From: Epithemia pelagica
Taxonomy: Eukaryota; Protista; Bacillariophyta
Direction: 5' to 3'
Length of the DNA: 64,000 nucleotides
Assembly: GCA_946965045.2 (NCBI GenBank)
Contig: OX337233.1
Span: forward strand, 248,001 to 312,000
The notes beneath the pieces were generated by a model that had not been told where the DNA came from, made no database searches, and worked only from the letters and a program-made list of their open reading frames with translations. Made by a program: the position numbers and the translations under genes. Below, piece by piece: positions 37,526-46,702 of the stretch; position 1 is the stretch's first letter; each line of letters opens with the position of its first letter.

Positions 37526-38394
37526 ACTTACCACATACTGGTTGTTCAGGCAGTCTCACACCACAAGGTTTCCCAGACTTTTACTTACCCACAACCCTTT
37601 TTGCCATTGACGTCCGAACCATCGAGCCCTGTTCCGACCACATTCTCCTCAAGGCAAGAAAACAATCAACCGTTGCCACAGCAAACGCTCACCGTCATGG
37701 ATACTTGGTTCGATCAGGTATAGCTCCGAGCATATACACGAATTTCGCCATTCCGACTGCGACGAGCAAAACCATTCGACCACAACCGCCTCGGGCGACT
37801 CGTGTTCCAACACCAACAACCATTCATACGGTGTGGGTGGCAAGGCTTCCATAATGGCCAAGACATGATCGGCGGCATTCGTTGTCGTGGTTGTGTTGTT
37901 GGTGCTGCTGCTGAGTTCGGTACGCGGCACAAAGGATGTAGTGGTCGAGGTCCAACACTGATGCTGTTCGACAGTGTTGTCGTAATTGTGCAACAAGGTT
38001 TCGACGGAACTGGCATTGAGGGGCAAGACATCGCGATGGGGAGCGGCTTGTTTCCGGGCATGAGCAATTGAACGAGTAATAGTGCGACAGTAAATACTGG
38101 TGATGGACATTTCCTGACTCGTCGTCGTCAATGCCACAGGAAAGAGGTATGTCAGGAGGATGAAAGATGACGGCCTTCTTCTTTTGTGGCTGCGTTGGTT
38201 GTTGGGGCAGGGGGTGGTGTGGCAACAACAAGACTCGATTCCTTGTTGTCGTTCTGCTGGTCCATTGCGACAACTGGCACGACGACCGATCCGATTTGAT
38301 GGGTTCCTCTTGGGCCTGGAGGGATACTGTCCTTGTTGCAACTGTTGTCCTGACGAGACAAAATCTCATTCGGACGAGACAACCACGTCGATTC

Positions 38395-38844
38395 TTATGT
38401 TGCAGGGGTTTGGATCGTGGCTGTTCGAGTTGCAATGTGTGGGCCCCTGGTGATCGGGTTCCGTCTTGAGAGCTGAACACATTCGGTCGCATGGGCTTGA
38501 CAGGCCAAATGAATCGGAAAAATCTCAAGAGTATTGTGTTGCTGCGACAATTCAGGGGCCAATTCCATCAACATTCCTAGCGCTTCCAACGACGAGGAGA
38601 CATCGTCATTATCGGCCGTCTCCTCCGTGGTTGGTGGTTGGACAGCCGCACTTGTGGATTTGTTTGGGCCATTCCGGCTTGACATCACATGGCAAAGTGC
38701 AGCAACGTATTGTGATTCACATGCAACAGCAGCTAGAAGAAGGCATTGCGATTGGAGCGGTGACTCCTCCGAAAGGGAAAAACTGTTCTTGGCCAAAATG
38801 TCGGAATTGGATATGACACGGTCCTCCCTCCTACTTCCATCCAA
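38395..38844 (-). pseudogene. Ankyrin-repeat gene relic, diverged third copy
   Basis: SSLEALGMLMELAPELSQQHNTLEIFPIHLACQAHATECVQL, plus NHNTLLHFAM in another frame; homologous to 16086-16570. Confidence 0.6.
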
Positions 38845-39307
38845 ACTTGACCCATTTCATCTTTCGAGGAAGAACACTTCAAAGCGGACAACATCAGGTC
38901 CAACAAGGTTTCGCCTTTGTGTGCTTCTGTTCTTGCTCCTCTCATCGGTTGGTGGCCTCCCTGCCACAGCTACCAATCCATGGACGACGACTCTGTGTTA
39001 TAAAGAGAGCCATGATGCCACCACAAAGTGCCCGATTCTGGTCTCACAACTGCACAGTCACGGTGGATGCACTGTCCTAAAACCTGCAGTGACAACAAAC
39101 AATCACATTCTATCTTGCAACATGTTCTTTCTACCTTTGAGTTACTACTTACTAGGTTCTAGGATTGCAATCGAATGTAGAAAACAAGTCAACCAATCGA
39201 GAAATAAATGGCTAGGTTTCATCATGCCCTCTATCTTTTTGGCATGTATTGGTCCTTGGTTGTTTACGAGCTTATGTCGATGTGGAGAAGGGTGAGATAT
39301 CAGCATC

Positions 39308-40408
39308 TCAGATACCCATACCTTCAAGAGAATGATACCATTCGTTCGATTGGTGCTCACAGAGTCGACGAAAGCACCATGTATTCTTGTCGATAAGTGG
39401 TAATGTCGCACAGGAAGGATTTTCCCATCTACCAATCACGGCAACTTGATTGGCAACAGTCACCATATTGTAGCCAGTGCGGTCATTTCCGAATGGTGGT
39501 GGGAGATTCCATACGCGGTTGCGGTGAATATCCAAGACTTCCACGGTTGAACCCCATCCTCCCGCCACCACCAGACAAGAACCCATGGCAACCACTGCAC
39601 AAGGACTTCGTGCATTGGAAAGGACCAAATCAGGGTGAGTAATCCAAGGGGACGAGAAAGAACTCAATGTCAAGCCAGTCTGCTTCTTTGTCTCTTCATT
39701 GTCACCAGGCTTTGAAAATTCCAAATACTCCACCGACTTAAGATCGTTTTCGCCTCCAACAACAAAGATGCGGTGGCCAATGACCGCACTGGCACAGGAT
39801 GCTCGTGGAACAGTCATGGATGGTCCAGCAGTGACAATGTGATTGCTGGTATCAATAATATCCACCGACGAAAAACAGCGATGGTTGTAACAGCCACCCA
39901 TTACAACAATGTATCGATCATGCACCGCAACAGCACAACATCCATTTCTTCTCGTCGATAATCGACATGTCAATGTCGTCCAATTAATCGTATGTGTGGT
40001 GCTGATTGTCGAAGATGATCGCAGCAAATCCTTTACGTCAATTCTTTCGATACAATTCAAACATGAACCTTGATTCAATCCTCCCATTACGTAGACAGCG
40101 CCATTGCACACAACAGCGGCATGTCCTCGACGACTCTTGTTTATGGGTGGTCCTTCGCGCCACTGCTTGTTCTGGTCCTCCAAATTCATTACAAGAATGG
40201 AATCGAGCTCGCCTTGGCCTTGTTGCCATCCACCCGACACGACGACGGTTTGTTCTTGGTTGTTATCGGGATGATTCAGTACGACCGAAGCATGACGATA
40301 ACGCCCTTCTCCCTCAAGAGAAGGCCAGTCCTCGAAATTCCATTCATGTGTCTCGTCTAACAGGATAAGGCCCGACTGCCATGCTTCTTCTTTCAGTGTC
40401 GTTGTCAT
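39308..40408 (-). CDS. Kelch-repeat protein, copy K8 (366 aa)
   Basis: ATG at 40408 (MTTTLKEEAW), six Kelch repeats, intact. Confidence 0.95.
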   Translation of the reverse strand: MTTTLKEEAWQSGLILLDETHEWNFEDWPSLEGEGRYRHASVVLNHPDNNQEQTVVVSGGWQQGQGELDSILVMNLEDQNKQWREGPPINKSRRGHAAVVCNGAVYVMGGLNQGSCLNCIERIDVKDLLRSSSTISTTHTINWTTLTCRLSTRRNGCCAVAVHDRYIVVMGGCYNHRCFSSVDIIDTSNHIVTAGPSMTVPRASCASAVIGHRIFVVGGENDLKSVEYLEFSKPGDNEETKKQTGLTLSSFSSPWITHPDLVLSNARSPCAVVAMGSCLVVAGGWGSTVEVLDIHRNRVWNLPPPFGNDRTGYNMVTVANQVAVIGRWENPSCATLPLIDKNTWCFRRLCEHQSNEWYHSLEGMGI

Positions 40409-40592
40409 GGTCACGGCGCTTTACTAATTCGTTGACAAGAAATGGCAGAGGGTCAACGCGTGGAAGCTTTGCTTTTTTGCGTGGAGACCGCGGTGTGCTT
40501 TTTATGGAGACAGAAAAGGTGTGCCTGTCCTGCGTACGATGGTGAAGGACAATCAATCGCACATAGATTTCATGACAAGCCCCAAGAAAAGT

Positions 40593-40615
40593 CAATAGCA
40601 GCATTTACTGTTCAT
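40593..40615 (+). repeat. Left TIR CAATAGCAGCATTTACTGTTCAT
   Basis: The reverse complement of the right end is CAATAGCAGCATTTCCCGTTCAT (2 mismatches). Confidence 0.9.
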
Positions 40616-40797
40616 TTTGAGCACGCATGTCGTTCTCCCCACCCAATACCGGTTCAGAAACATGTCACACTCACTATGCCACAATCAGTGTAAAACTACC
40701 TACTACGACATTCATTAAATATAACCGTAGACTCTACCGTGAATGAACATCCAAGACTGGCAACAGAGAAAAGCCAATGAATGGCCACAACAACGGA

Positions 40798-40878
40798 GAC
40801 TTGGCTCTTATGTAACTATGCCAAACTCATTTCAATACATAAGCCAAGGGGAGGCCGTCGTTACATAAGAGCCAAGTC
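40798..40878. repeat. Perfect 19-bp inverted repeat with 43-bp spacer in the transposon left subterminal region
   Basis: GACTTGGCTCTTATGTAAC (40798-40816) / GTTACATAAGAGCCAAGTC (40860-40878). Confidence 0.9.
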
Positions 40879-41146
40879 GTTGTGTAAGTGCCCCCCCCAA
40901 CCCCTCACTTTCCGAACCCCATTTTCCCAATTTTCACTAAGTCTAAACGTATGAGAACACAATTCGAGAACTCGCCCGACGATTTTTTTATAAAATTTAT
41001 CGGTATATGAATATTGCATTAACCGAGAGTCGCATTTCAATCATCGGTTCTAAAATCAATCGCAGAACCCGAAGCCAATATCCAGAAGACGATGACAACA
41101 AACTCCGTGTAAAGTTCTTGGTCTGCACCTTTCAAGAAGCGAAGAT

Positions 41147-44100
41147 ATGACAATCAAACAATCAATTTACCTTCTGGTTGTTGAGAGAACCATGCCTACC
41201 ACCCGTCAAGCCCAGCGGCTTGCCTTGGAGCAAGCTGAAGAAGAAATGAAAGAAGCAGAAGCGGCTCCGATTTCACCTAACCAACAGACCAGAGCCAAAC
41301 GCAAGGAGCTGAAGCGTCCTCTACATTCCAGTTCTTTGGAACGCAAAAGGATTGCCCGTATCTGCCGTGATTTCGAGAAAGAAGACACGAAACCATGTTC
41401 TGTTTTCGGCCGAGATCGTTACCAACGTTGGGAAGATTTCTTCTTTTGCAGCAATTGTAAAGATGCCGACGAGCAAGAAACGGCTTTTCCGAACACTCCC
41501 ATCAATCGGAAAGCCGAAAATGGTCGGTTTACATGCACATGTTCTCACGACAACATCATAATGCCTACAGACACCGTAAAGGTCGAAAGTGTCAAGAACA
41601 GACCCAAGAAACGTAAAGCCCGTCGTCGTCCTCGATTTCGGAAAAACCATCGTTCCAAGAAGTCCAAGGGAGCCGTTCCGACGCCCGTTTGTATCCCTGA
41701 AGATCAATCTGAAGCACTCAAGTCTCCTACCAACGATGAAGAAGGGGTTAACACTCAAGACAAATCGGTTTCCTCCAAAGAAGATGACGACTCCTCGGTT
41801 GCTTCGGATGATTCTGAATCCACGTATGGCATATTTGCCGATTCTGAATCGGAAACAACAGAGAAAGAACCTTTGACCGAAGGAGTCTCTGTCCTCACAT
41901 GCAGTGTGACCAACTCTTCCACTTCGTTCTCTGGTATGACGACGAACCAGTTGTTGTCGCAAGTCCAAAAGGCTAACGCTGCCTTATCCTCCAAGCAACA
42001 AGAAACAGAAATGGCCCTCAAAAACAAGGAAATGGAAATCCAGTCGTTAAAGCTTGACATCAAAAAGGTTCGCCGACAAAGCAAGAAAAAATCAAGGAAA
42101 ATCACAAAGTTGGAAACTCGCATTATCGAGTTACAGTCAAGCAATGAGGAACGTTCCAAACTTCCCAAAAGAGCTTCCGACAAAGATAAGGGCACCAAGA
42201 TCATTGCCCACATCAAAGTCACTATTTCCAACGCCATCCTTCGGCATGGAAAGACAAGTGACCGTGCCGAACGATTCCTACGGTCTCTCTGTAAGATGTT
42301 TGTGGATGGTAACATCCACCACGGCATGATGAGAGACGTGTTGGTGGAAGTCGTGGGAAAACACTTGCGCAACACAGTGTTCACACCCTTCAGGATTCTA
42401 TCCGAGATGGATAGAACAGGTGGTGTTCTCAACTATGAAGGGATCGAAATCCTTCGTCGGGTCGAAACGAATGGACAAAAAAACAAGCATACCATCATAC
42501 CAAGCACATCTTCACTACAGAACTGTGCAGCAATGATCGAGCGCTATGGGTCTATTGTTTGTCCTTTTCGCATGATAAGGAACGAAAGAGATTCGACAGA
42601 AGGCTTCTATTTTAGGGCCTGTGATGTAATGAGGGCGATTCTTCAGTCAGGTGGACTCATGGATGGCATTGCTGCTGATCGCCCTGTCAATCTTTCCCAA
42701 AGCCTCGATGGCGCGCAGCTAACGAAGCATCTGTCACATACCCTGGGAGGTCTAAAATTCAACGATGCTTCGAATCCATTGAAGCAGTCAAGGAATTCTG
42801 TGTTCCCCGTTGTTTGTGTTATAGGAAGAGAGACTACCTCAATCGTTCGTGGCCTTTTTGCCCGAATGATTCAGGAAATCGACGAAGCAGCAACGACTGT
42901 TCTTCCAAGTCAATATGGAATCAAGCCACCTAAGATCGCAACCAATTGCGATATGTCCTGTGAGTGGAAACTCACAGGACGAGGTGGTGCTGCAAAAGTT
43001 TGTAAGTATCCGTGTAGCAAGTGCTCTATAGCCTCCTCGGACTTACATTTACAAACACGACTGCCTACAGAATGCAAGATATGTATGCATCTAAAGCATA
43101 CTGACGACGAAGAATGGAAATGCCGTCACGTCGATATGTGTACGGGTGAGCACGTTGCTCTTATGAAGGAGGACATCGACAAGTTCAAGGCGGAATGTCC
43201 GGTGGTGGCAGAAGAAATTAAAGAAATCCAAAAGAAATCGAAGATTCGTACCGACACCAATCCATCCTTCCCTCCCCATGACATCGCACGTACTTCGTCA
43301 GACAACATCCACTTTGACATCCAGGAAGCCGACATCCAAGATAAGCTGGAGTATTCTCGCAATGTCAACCACGATCTACAGCTACGCAAGCTATCGCTTG
43401 TAGGGCCTTTGTCGCAACGTCAAGAACGACTGAGAATTCAGCTGATCTCTGAATGGACGTATCAACAGGCCTCTCTCCGAGTAAAGCAGTTCGGACAACC
43501 AGGAAACAAGGATGTCTCTGGCGCGTTGGTAATGATGATGGACGCTGTGCCCTGTTTGCTTCATTTGGAAAACCGAATGGGCATAAAGATTTTATCAATG
43601 TGTCTGAAATCAGGGCTGACTCATACGAAGAATGATGAACAAGATTGGGTGAAGGAGGATGACCGTTCGTCAATTGATAGGAAGTGCCAGGCGTTTGTGG
43701 AAAAGGTGGAGGATGTCATCAATTCCTCTATATTGGGAACTCCGATGCAACCACAGCAATGGATTTTACCATACGACCGACGAAAGAACTTGGTCGGTAC
43801 CATTACAATGGACAATGTAAAGATCCGGAAAGTGATTCAGGAGATTGACATCCTGATTGATCCGATGATACAAGATTCCACCAAGAAAGAGAAATGGAAG
43901 ACGTGTATTGGGCATTACCGCCAGGCACTGGAGATTGTGAACCGGAAACACGACCTCTCAAACGAGGAGATATGGGAGTTCCAGAAGCAAGCGGATTATT
44001 TCTTCAAGTTGTGGATTGAATTATACGGAGCTGAGGGAGTTACCAACTATGCCCACGTCATCGGAAGTGGGCATTTGCGCGAATACCTCCAGCACTGGAG

Positions 44101-44566
44101 AAACCTATCCAACCACTCCCAACAAGGATGGGAGGCGTTTAACAGCGCATTCAAGACTTACTATTTCTCAAGGACTCAAAGGGGTGGCGCAACCAACAAG
44201 GGTGAAGGACCTCAGAGCCGTCTGAAATCCATGGCTAGGTGGATCCAAAGACGAATGGTGTTTCTGTTAGGAATCAGTGAGGACGAAATTGAAGAAACTC
44301 TGGCTTCCAACCGTGCTTGTGATCCGACAGAGCCAAGTACCGTGGCTCAGCATGGAGGGACTATTGAGTTTGGTCAGCCTGTGGGTTTTGCAGTCCGAAA
44401 CCAAGACGACGTAGAGAACAACGAAGAATTTGAATTTGATTGGGAGGTTGCTTTGGACAAGAGGGACGACACAACAAATAAGCAACAAGATGGAAATAGG
44501 GACGACGATGACGATGACGATGACGCCGAGGACTTTTCCGACTGGACGAGTGATGGATCAATCTAA
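41147..44566 (+). CDS. RAG1/Transib/Chapaev-like DDE transposase, 1139 aa, intact
   Basis: Motifs occur in RAG1 order: SLDGAQ (1st Asp), TNCDMS (2nd Asp), YPCSKC (ZnC2), DAVPCLLH, VTNYAHVIGSGH (ZnH2; RAG1 has ITNYFHKTLAH) and SQQGWEAFN (catalytic Glu; RAG1 has ASEGNESGN). It also has a basic NLS-like stretch, a coiled coil and an acidic tail. Confidence 0.8.
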   Translation: MTIKQSIYLLVVERTMPTTRQAQRLALEQAEEEMKEAEAAPISPNQQTRAKRKELKRPLHSSSLERKRIARICRDFEKEDTKPCSVFGRDRYQRWEDFFFCSNCKDADEQETAFPNTPINRKAENGRFTCTCSHDNIIMPTDTVKVESVKNRPKKRKARRRPRFRKNHRSKKSKGAVPTPVCIPEDQSEALKSPTNDEEGVNTQDKSVSSKEDDDSSVASDDSESTYGIFADSESETTEKEPLTEGVSVLTCSVTNSSTSFSGMTTNQLLSQVQKANAALSSKQQETEMALKNKEMEIQSLKLDIKKVRRQSKKKSRKITKLETRIIELQSSNEERSKLPKRASDKDKGTKIIAHIKVTISNAILRHGKTSDRAERFLRSLCKMFVDGNIHHGMMRDVLVEVVGKHLRNTVFTPFRILSEMDRTGGVLNYEGIEILRRVETNGQKNKHTIIPSTSSLQNCAAMIERYGSIVCPFRMIRNERDSTEGFYFRACDVMRAILQSGGLMDGIAADRPVNLSQSLDGAQLTKHLSHTLGGLKFNDASNPLKQSRNSVFPVVCVIGRETTSIVRGLFARMIQEIDEAATTVLPSQYGIKPPKIATNCDMSCEWKLTGRGGAAKVCKYPCSKCSIASSDLHLQTRLPTECKICMHLKHTDDEEWKCRHVDMCTGEHVALMKEDIDKFKAECPVVAEEIKEIQKKSKIRTDTNPSFPPHDIARTSSDNIHFDIQEADIQDKLEYSRNVNHDLQLRKLSLVGPLSQRQERLRIQLISEWTYQQASLRVKQFGQPGNKDVSGALVMMMDAVPCLLHLENRMGIKILSMCLKSGLTHTKNDEQDWVKEDDRSSIDRKCQAFVEKVEDVINSSILGTPMQPQQWILPYDRRKNLVGTITMDNVKIRKVIQEIDILIDPMIQDSTKKEKWKTCIGHYRQALEIVNRKHDLSNEEIWEFQKQADYFFKLWIELYGAEGVTNYAHVIGSGHLREYLQHWRNLSNHSQQGWEAFNSAFKTYYFSRTQRGGATNKGEGPQSRLKSMARWIQRRMVFLLGISEDEIEETLASNRACDPTEPSTVAQHGGTIEFGQPVGFAVRNQDDVENNEEFEFDWEVALDKRDDTTNKQQDGNRDDDDDDDDAEDFSDWTSDGSI

Positions 44567-44634
44567 GAGCATAGACAAACCGTACAAATATCTGTTCAAG
44601 TGACTGTGGTATCTAATATATATTTAGTTCATGT

Positions 44635-46335
44635 TCAACGATAATTATTGACTGCTTCATAGATTTCGTCTGTTACTCTGACAATTTTTGTCTTCTGATG
44701 ATTGTGATCTTTCTTGTCGTCGTAATCCTTTCCTGCACTGGCTCCAACAACCAGGTGATACGCATTTCCCGCAGGGATACGCCCCACTACGTAGACTCTA
44801 TCCGTCAGTCCAAACCCAGCGGCCGGTTCTGGTTTGTCTGTAACGTATAGATCACCAGTTTCCTTTTCGACCACCGCCGTACGGACGAGATCATGAGGAC
44901 CGAAGATGTCTAAGATCTCCCAGACAGTGTCATCCAAGTGAAAGGATTCTCCTTTTACTATGGATAGGTCTTGTGAATCGCCATCGGGTGATTGATGGCA
45001 AGATCCAACTCTACCATTCTTCATGGGAGAGAGGGCTTCTTCAATGGAAGTATCTGTGTCGTTGCCATTTGAGGAGGTCGAATCGATTTCTATAATGGAT
45101 GGAATGGTTGGTCCAGGAGTGCCATCGGTGGAAGATTCTTGGTGACGATGGTTGAGAAGGGGAAGTTGTCCCTTCAAAGTCAATTCTAGATGCTTCGTGG
45201 GAGGAGGGTTCTTCAAGATTCCTGTTCTTGACGAATCGTACAAGTAGCGTTCGAAAGACACTGTAACACGGCATCCAAACTGCGAGAAGGACAAGTCCAC
45301 TCTCTGATCCTTGCAGCGTCTCTTGAAGGGAGACGACTCATCAGTTTCGTCATTCGGATTCACAATGGTCAAAGAATGACCGCGTTTTAGAGCTAGTCCC
45401 TTGTCACCGTGGTACAGGGTGGGACGTATTTCAGAAGAGCCGTATGTCGCTCCGAATCCCATTATGGCCCGGAGCTTGTCTAGGTCGTCGCTTGTGGCAA
45501 ACCTGATGACACCAGATTCAAAAGTAATCCGTGATTTCCGACGAGTAAAACGATTCGTCACGTCTAGGTACGTTTCCGTTGACTTGAATGGCTTGTGGAC
45601 GCATCGTTCTCGACGACTTCGTGAAAGGAGCATGCTGATGTAGTTGAAGGTTTCAACAGGGATCATGCCGATACTAAGTGCATTAGTTTCCTTGTCTTCA
45701 CTTTGTCCGGAACGCCGGTTTAGCATCTTCGAGAGTGCCTTTCGAATAAGAAATAGCCCTGTCCATATGTTGAGATGACAAGAACGGGGGTGACAAATTA
45801 GATGAGAACGGCGAGTATCATAGGAAACCATGAAACGCAATGAATTCTCGGGGATGGGGACAAGACCATGTTCCGAGTGCTCTCGGAATCGTACAACAAA
45901 CACATTCTCGACACCGTATGACCAGCGATTGACTGGAAGGTCAAGATCAGGAAGAGAAAATACAAATGCGGGATGTAGAAATTCTCTGGTGAGTATCGGC
46001 ATCCCATCTTGGCGAGGAGAGGTGACTTCCATAACCTCATTCGACATGTACAGCTCGATATTGTTGCGTCCTTGAGTGGATGGGAGAGGCAATTTGTTGT
46101 GTTTGGGAGGGTTTGGGTGGCATCGGAGCTGCTTCTTGGGAAAAAGGGGATAGAAAATATGGACTTTGATTCCATGCGGAATCCATTTGATCAGTCGGAC
46201 AATGGTTGTAGTCTTTGGATCTTGCGAGGGAAGAACCATATGAACAAAGGAACCAATTTGGAATGAATCATGGAAAATTGGAGAATAGAAAGGAGGGGCT
46301 TCGCAGTCGGGAGTGAAATCCGGAAGAAGAGACAT
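44635..46335 (-). CDS. Transposon-borne protein of unknown function, 566 aa, convergent with the transposase
   Basis: Long intact ORF wholly inside the TIRs; its stop lies 68 bp from the transposase stop. The N-terminus has a weak BAH-like beta pattern (QIGSFVHMVL..IVRLI..KVHIF), which is uncertain. Confidence 0.8.
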   Translation of the reverse strand: MSLLPDFTPDCEAPPFYSPIFHDSFQIGSFVHMVLPSQDPKTTTIVRLIKWIPHGIKVHIFYPLFPKKQLRCHPNPPKHNKLPLPSTQGRNNIELYMSNEVMEVTSPRQDGMPILTREFLHPAFVFSLPDLDLPVNRWSYGVENVFVVRFREHSEHGLVPIPENSLRFMVSYDTRRSHLICHPRSCHLNIWTGLFLIRKALSKMLNRRSGQSEDKETNALSIGMIPVETFNYISMLLSRSRRERCVHKPFKSTETYLDVTNRFTRRKSRITFESGVIRFATSDDLDKLRAIMGFGATYGSSEIRPTLYHGDKGLALKRGHSLTIVNPNDETDESSPFKRRCKDQRVDLSFSQFGCRVTVSFERYLYDSSRTGILKNPPPTKHLELTLKGQLPLLNHRHQESSTDGTPGPTIPSIIEIDSTSSNGNDTDTSIEEALSPMKNGRVGSCHQSPDGDSQDLSIVKGESFHLDDTVWEILDIFGPHDLVRTAVVEKETGDLYVTDKPEPAAGFGLTDRVYVVGRIPAGNAYHLVVGASAGKDYDDKKDHNHQKTKIVRVTDEIYEAVNNYR

Positions 46336-46679
46336 CGTCTAATGGATGGTGGATCAATGAAACCAAATGTTAGCCAGTAAAGATAGAGGGCGGTGGTGAA
46401 GGGGATGTAATTTGTTGATGAATCTTGAGAACAACATTGTCGTCGGGGGTGGAACGGTAGTGGAACTCCGTTGCCATTGGATGGAGGTACGATGAGAATC
46501 ATTTGGGAAACCGAGATGGCTAAAACCGGGTCAGAATTCGGAAGGAAAATTACTGTCTGAGTGGGACTGTATTTAACAAAAACGTGGGGGGAACCATTAA
46601 GGATACTTAGGCGCGTGAGCCTGTGTTTCTGCGCGTAAGCGTAAAAAAGGGGGCTGGCCACCTTTTTGGAACCCTTCGG

Positions 46680-46702
46680 ATGAACGGGAAATGCTGCTAT
46701 TG
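46680..46702 (-). repeat. Right TIR ATGAACGGGAAATGCTGCTATTG
   Basis: Inverted copy of 40593-40615; followed by host TATCTTTTGGTCGACGACG. Confidence 0.9.

Larger units (their letters stand above)
40593..46702 (+). mobile_element. 6,110-bp cut-and-paste DNA transposon, RAG1/Transib/Chapaev-like, with two convergent ORFs
   Basis: 23-bp TIRs matching at 21/23 positions. The flanks rejoin to the empty-site sequence AAAAGTATCTTTTG seen upstream of K1 (~3688-3701) and at ~55280-55293. Contains an intact DDE transposase ORF and a second ORF. Confidence 0.9.

Noticed and set aside
40672-40678. CACTATG as a Transib/RSS heptamer end
   Set aside because: It lies 80 bp inside the real TIR and has no inverted partner at the right end. 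The empty-site comparison fixes the ends at CAATAG...CTATTG.
41147-44566. P-element, hAT or Mutator assignment of the transposase
   Set aside because: CA...TG ends are P-like, but I see no THAP domain or D-x-x-H-x-x-K motif, and there is no 7-9-bp TSD. The CxxC, NYxH-x5-H and S-x-x-G-x-E pattern fits RAG1/Transib/Chapaev better.
44635-46335. ORF2 as a true RAG2-like protein
   Set aside because: No Kelch repeat signature (GG, W, Y spacing) and no PHD finger; only the position and orientation resemble RAG2L.
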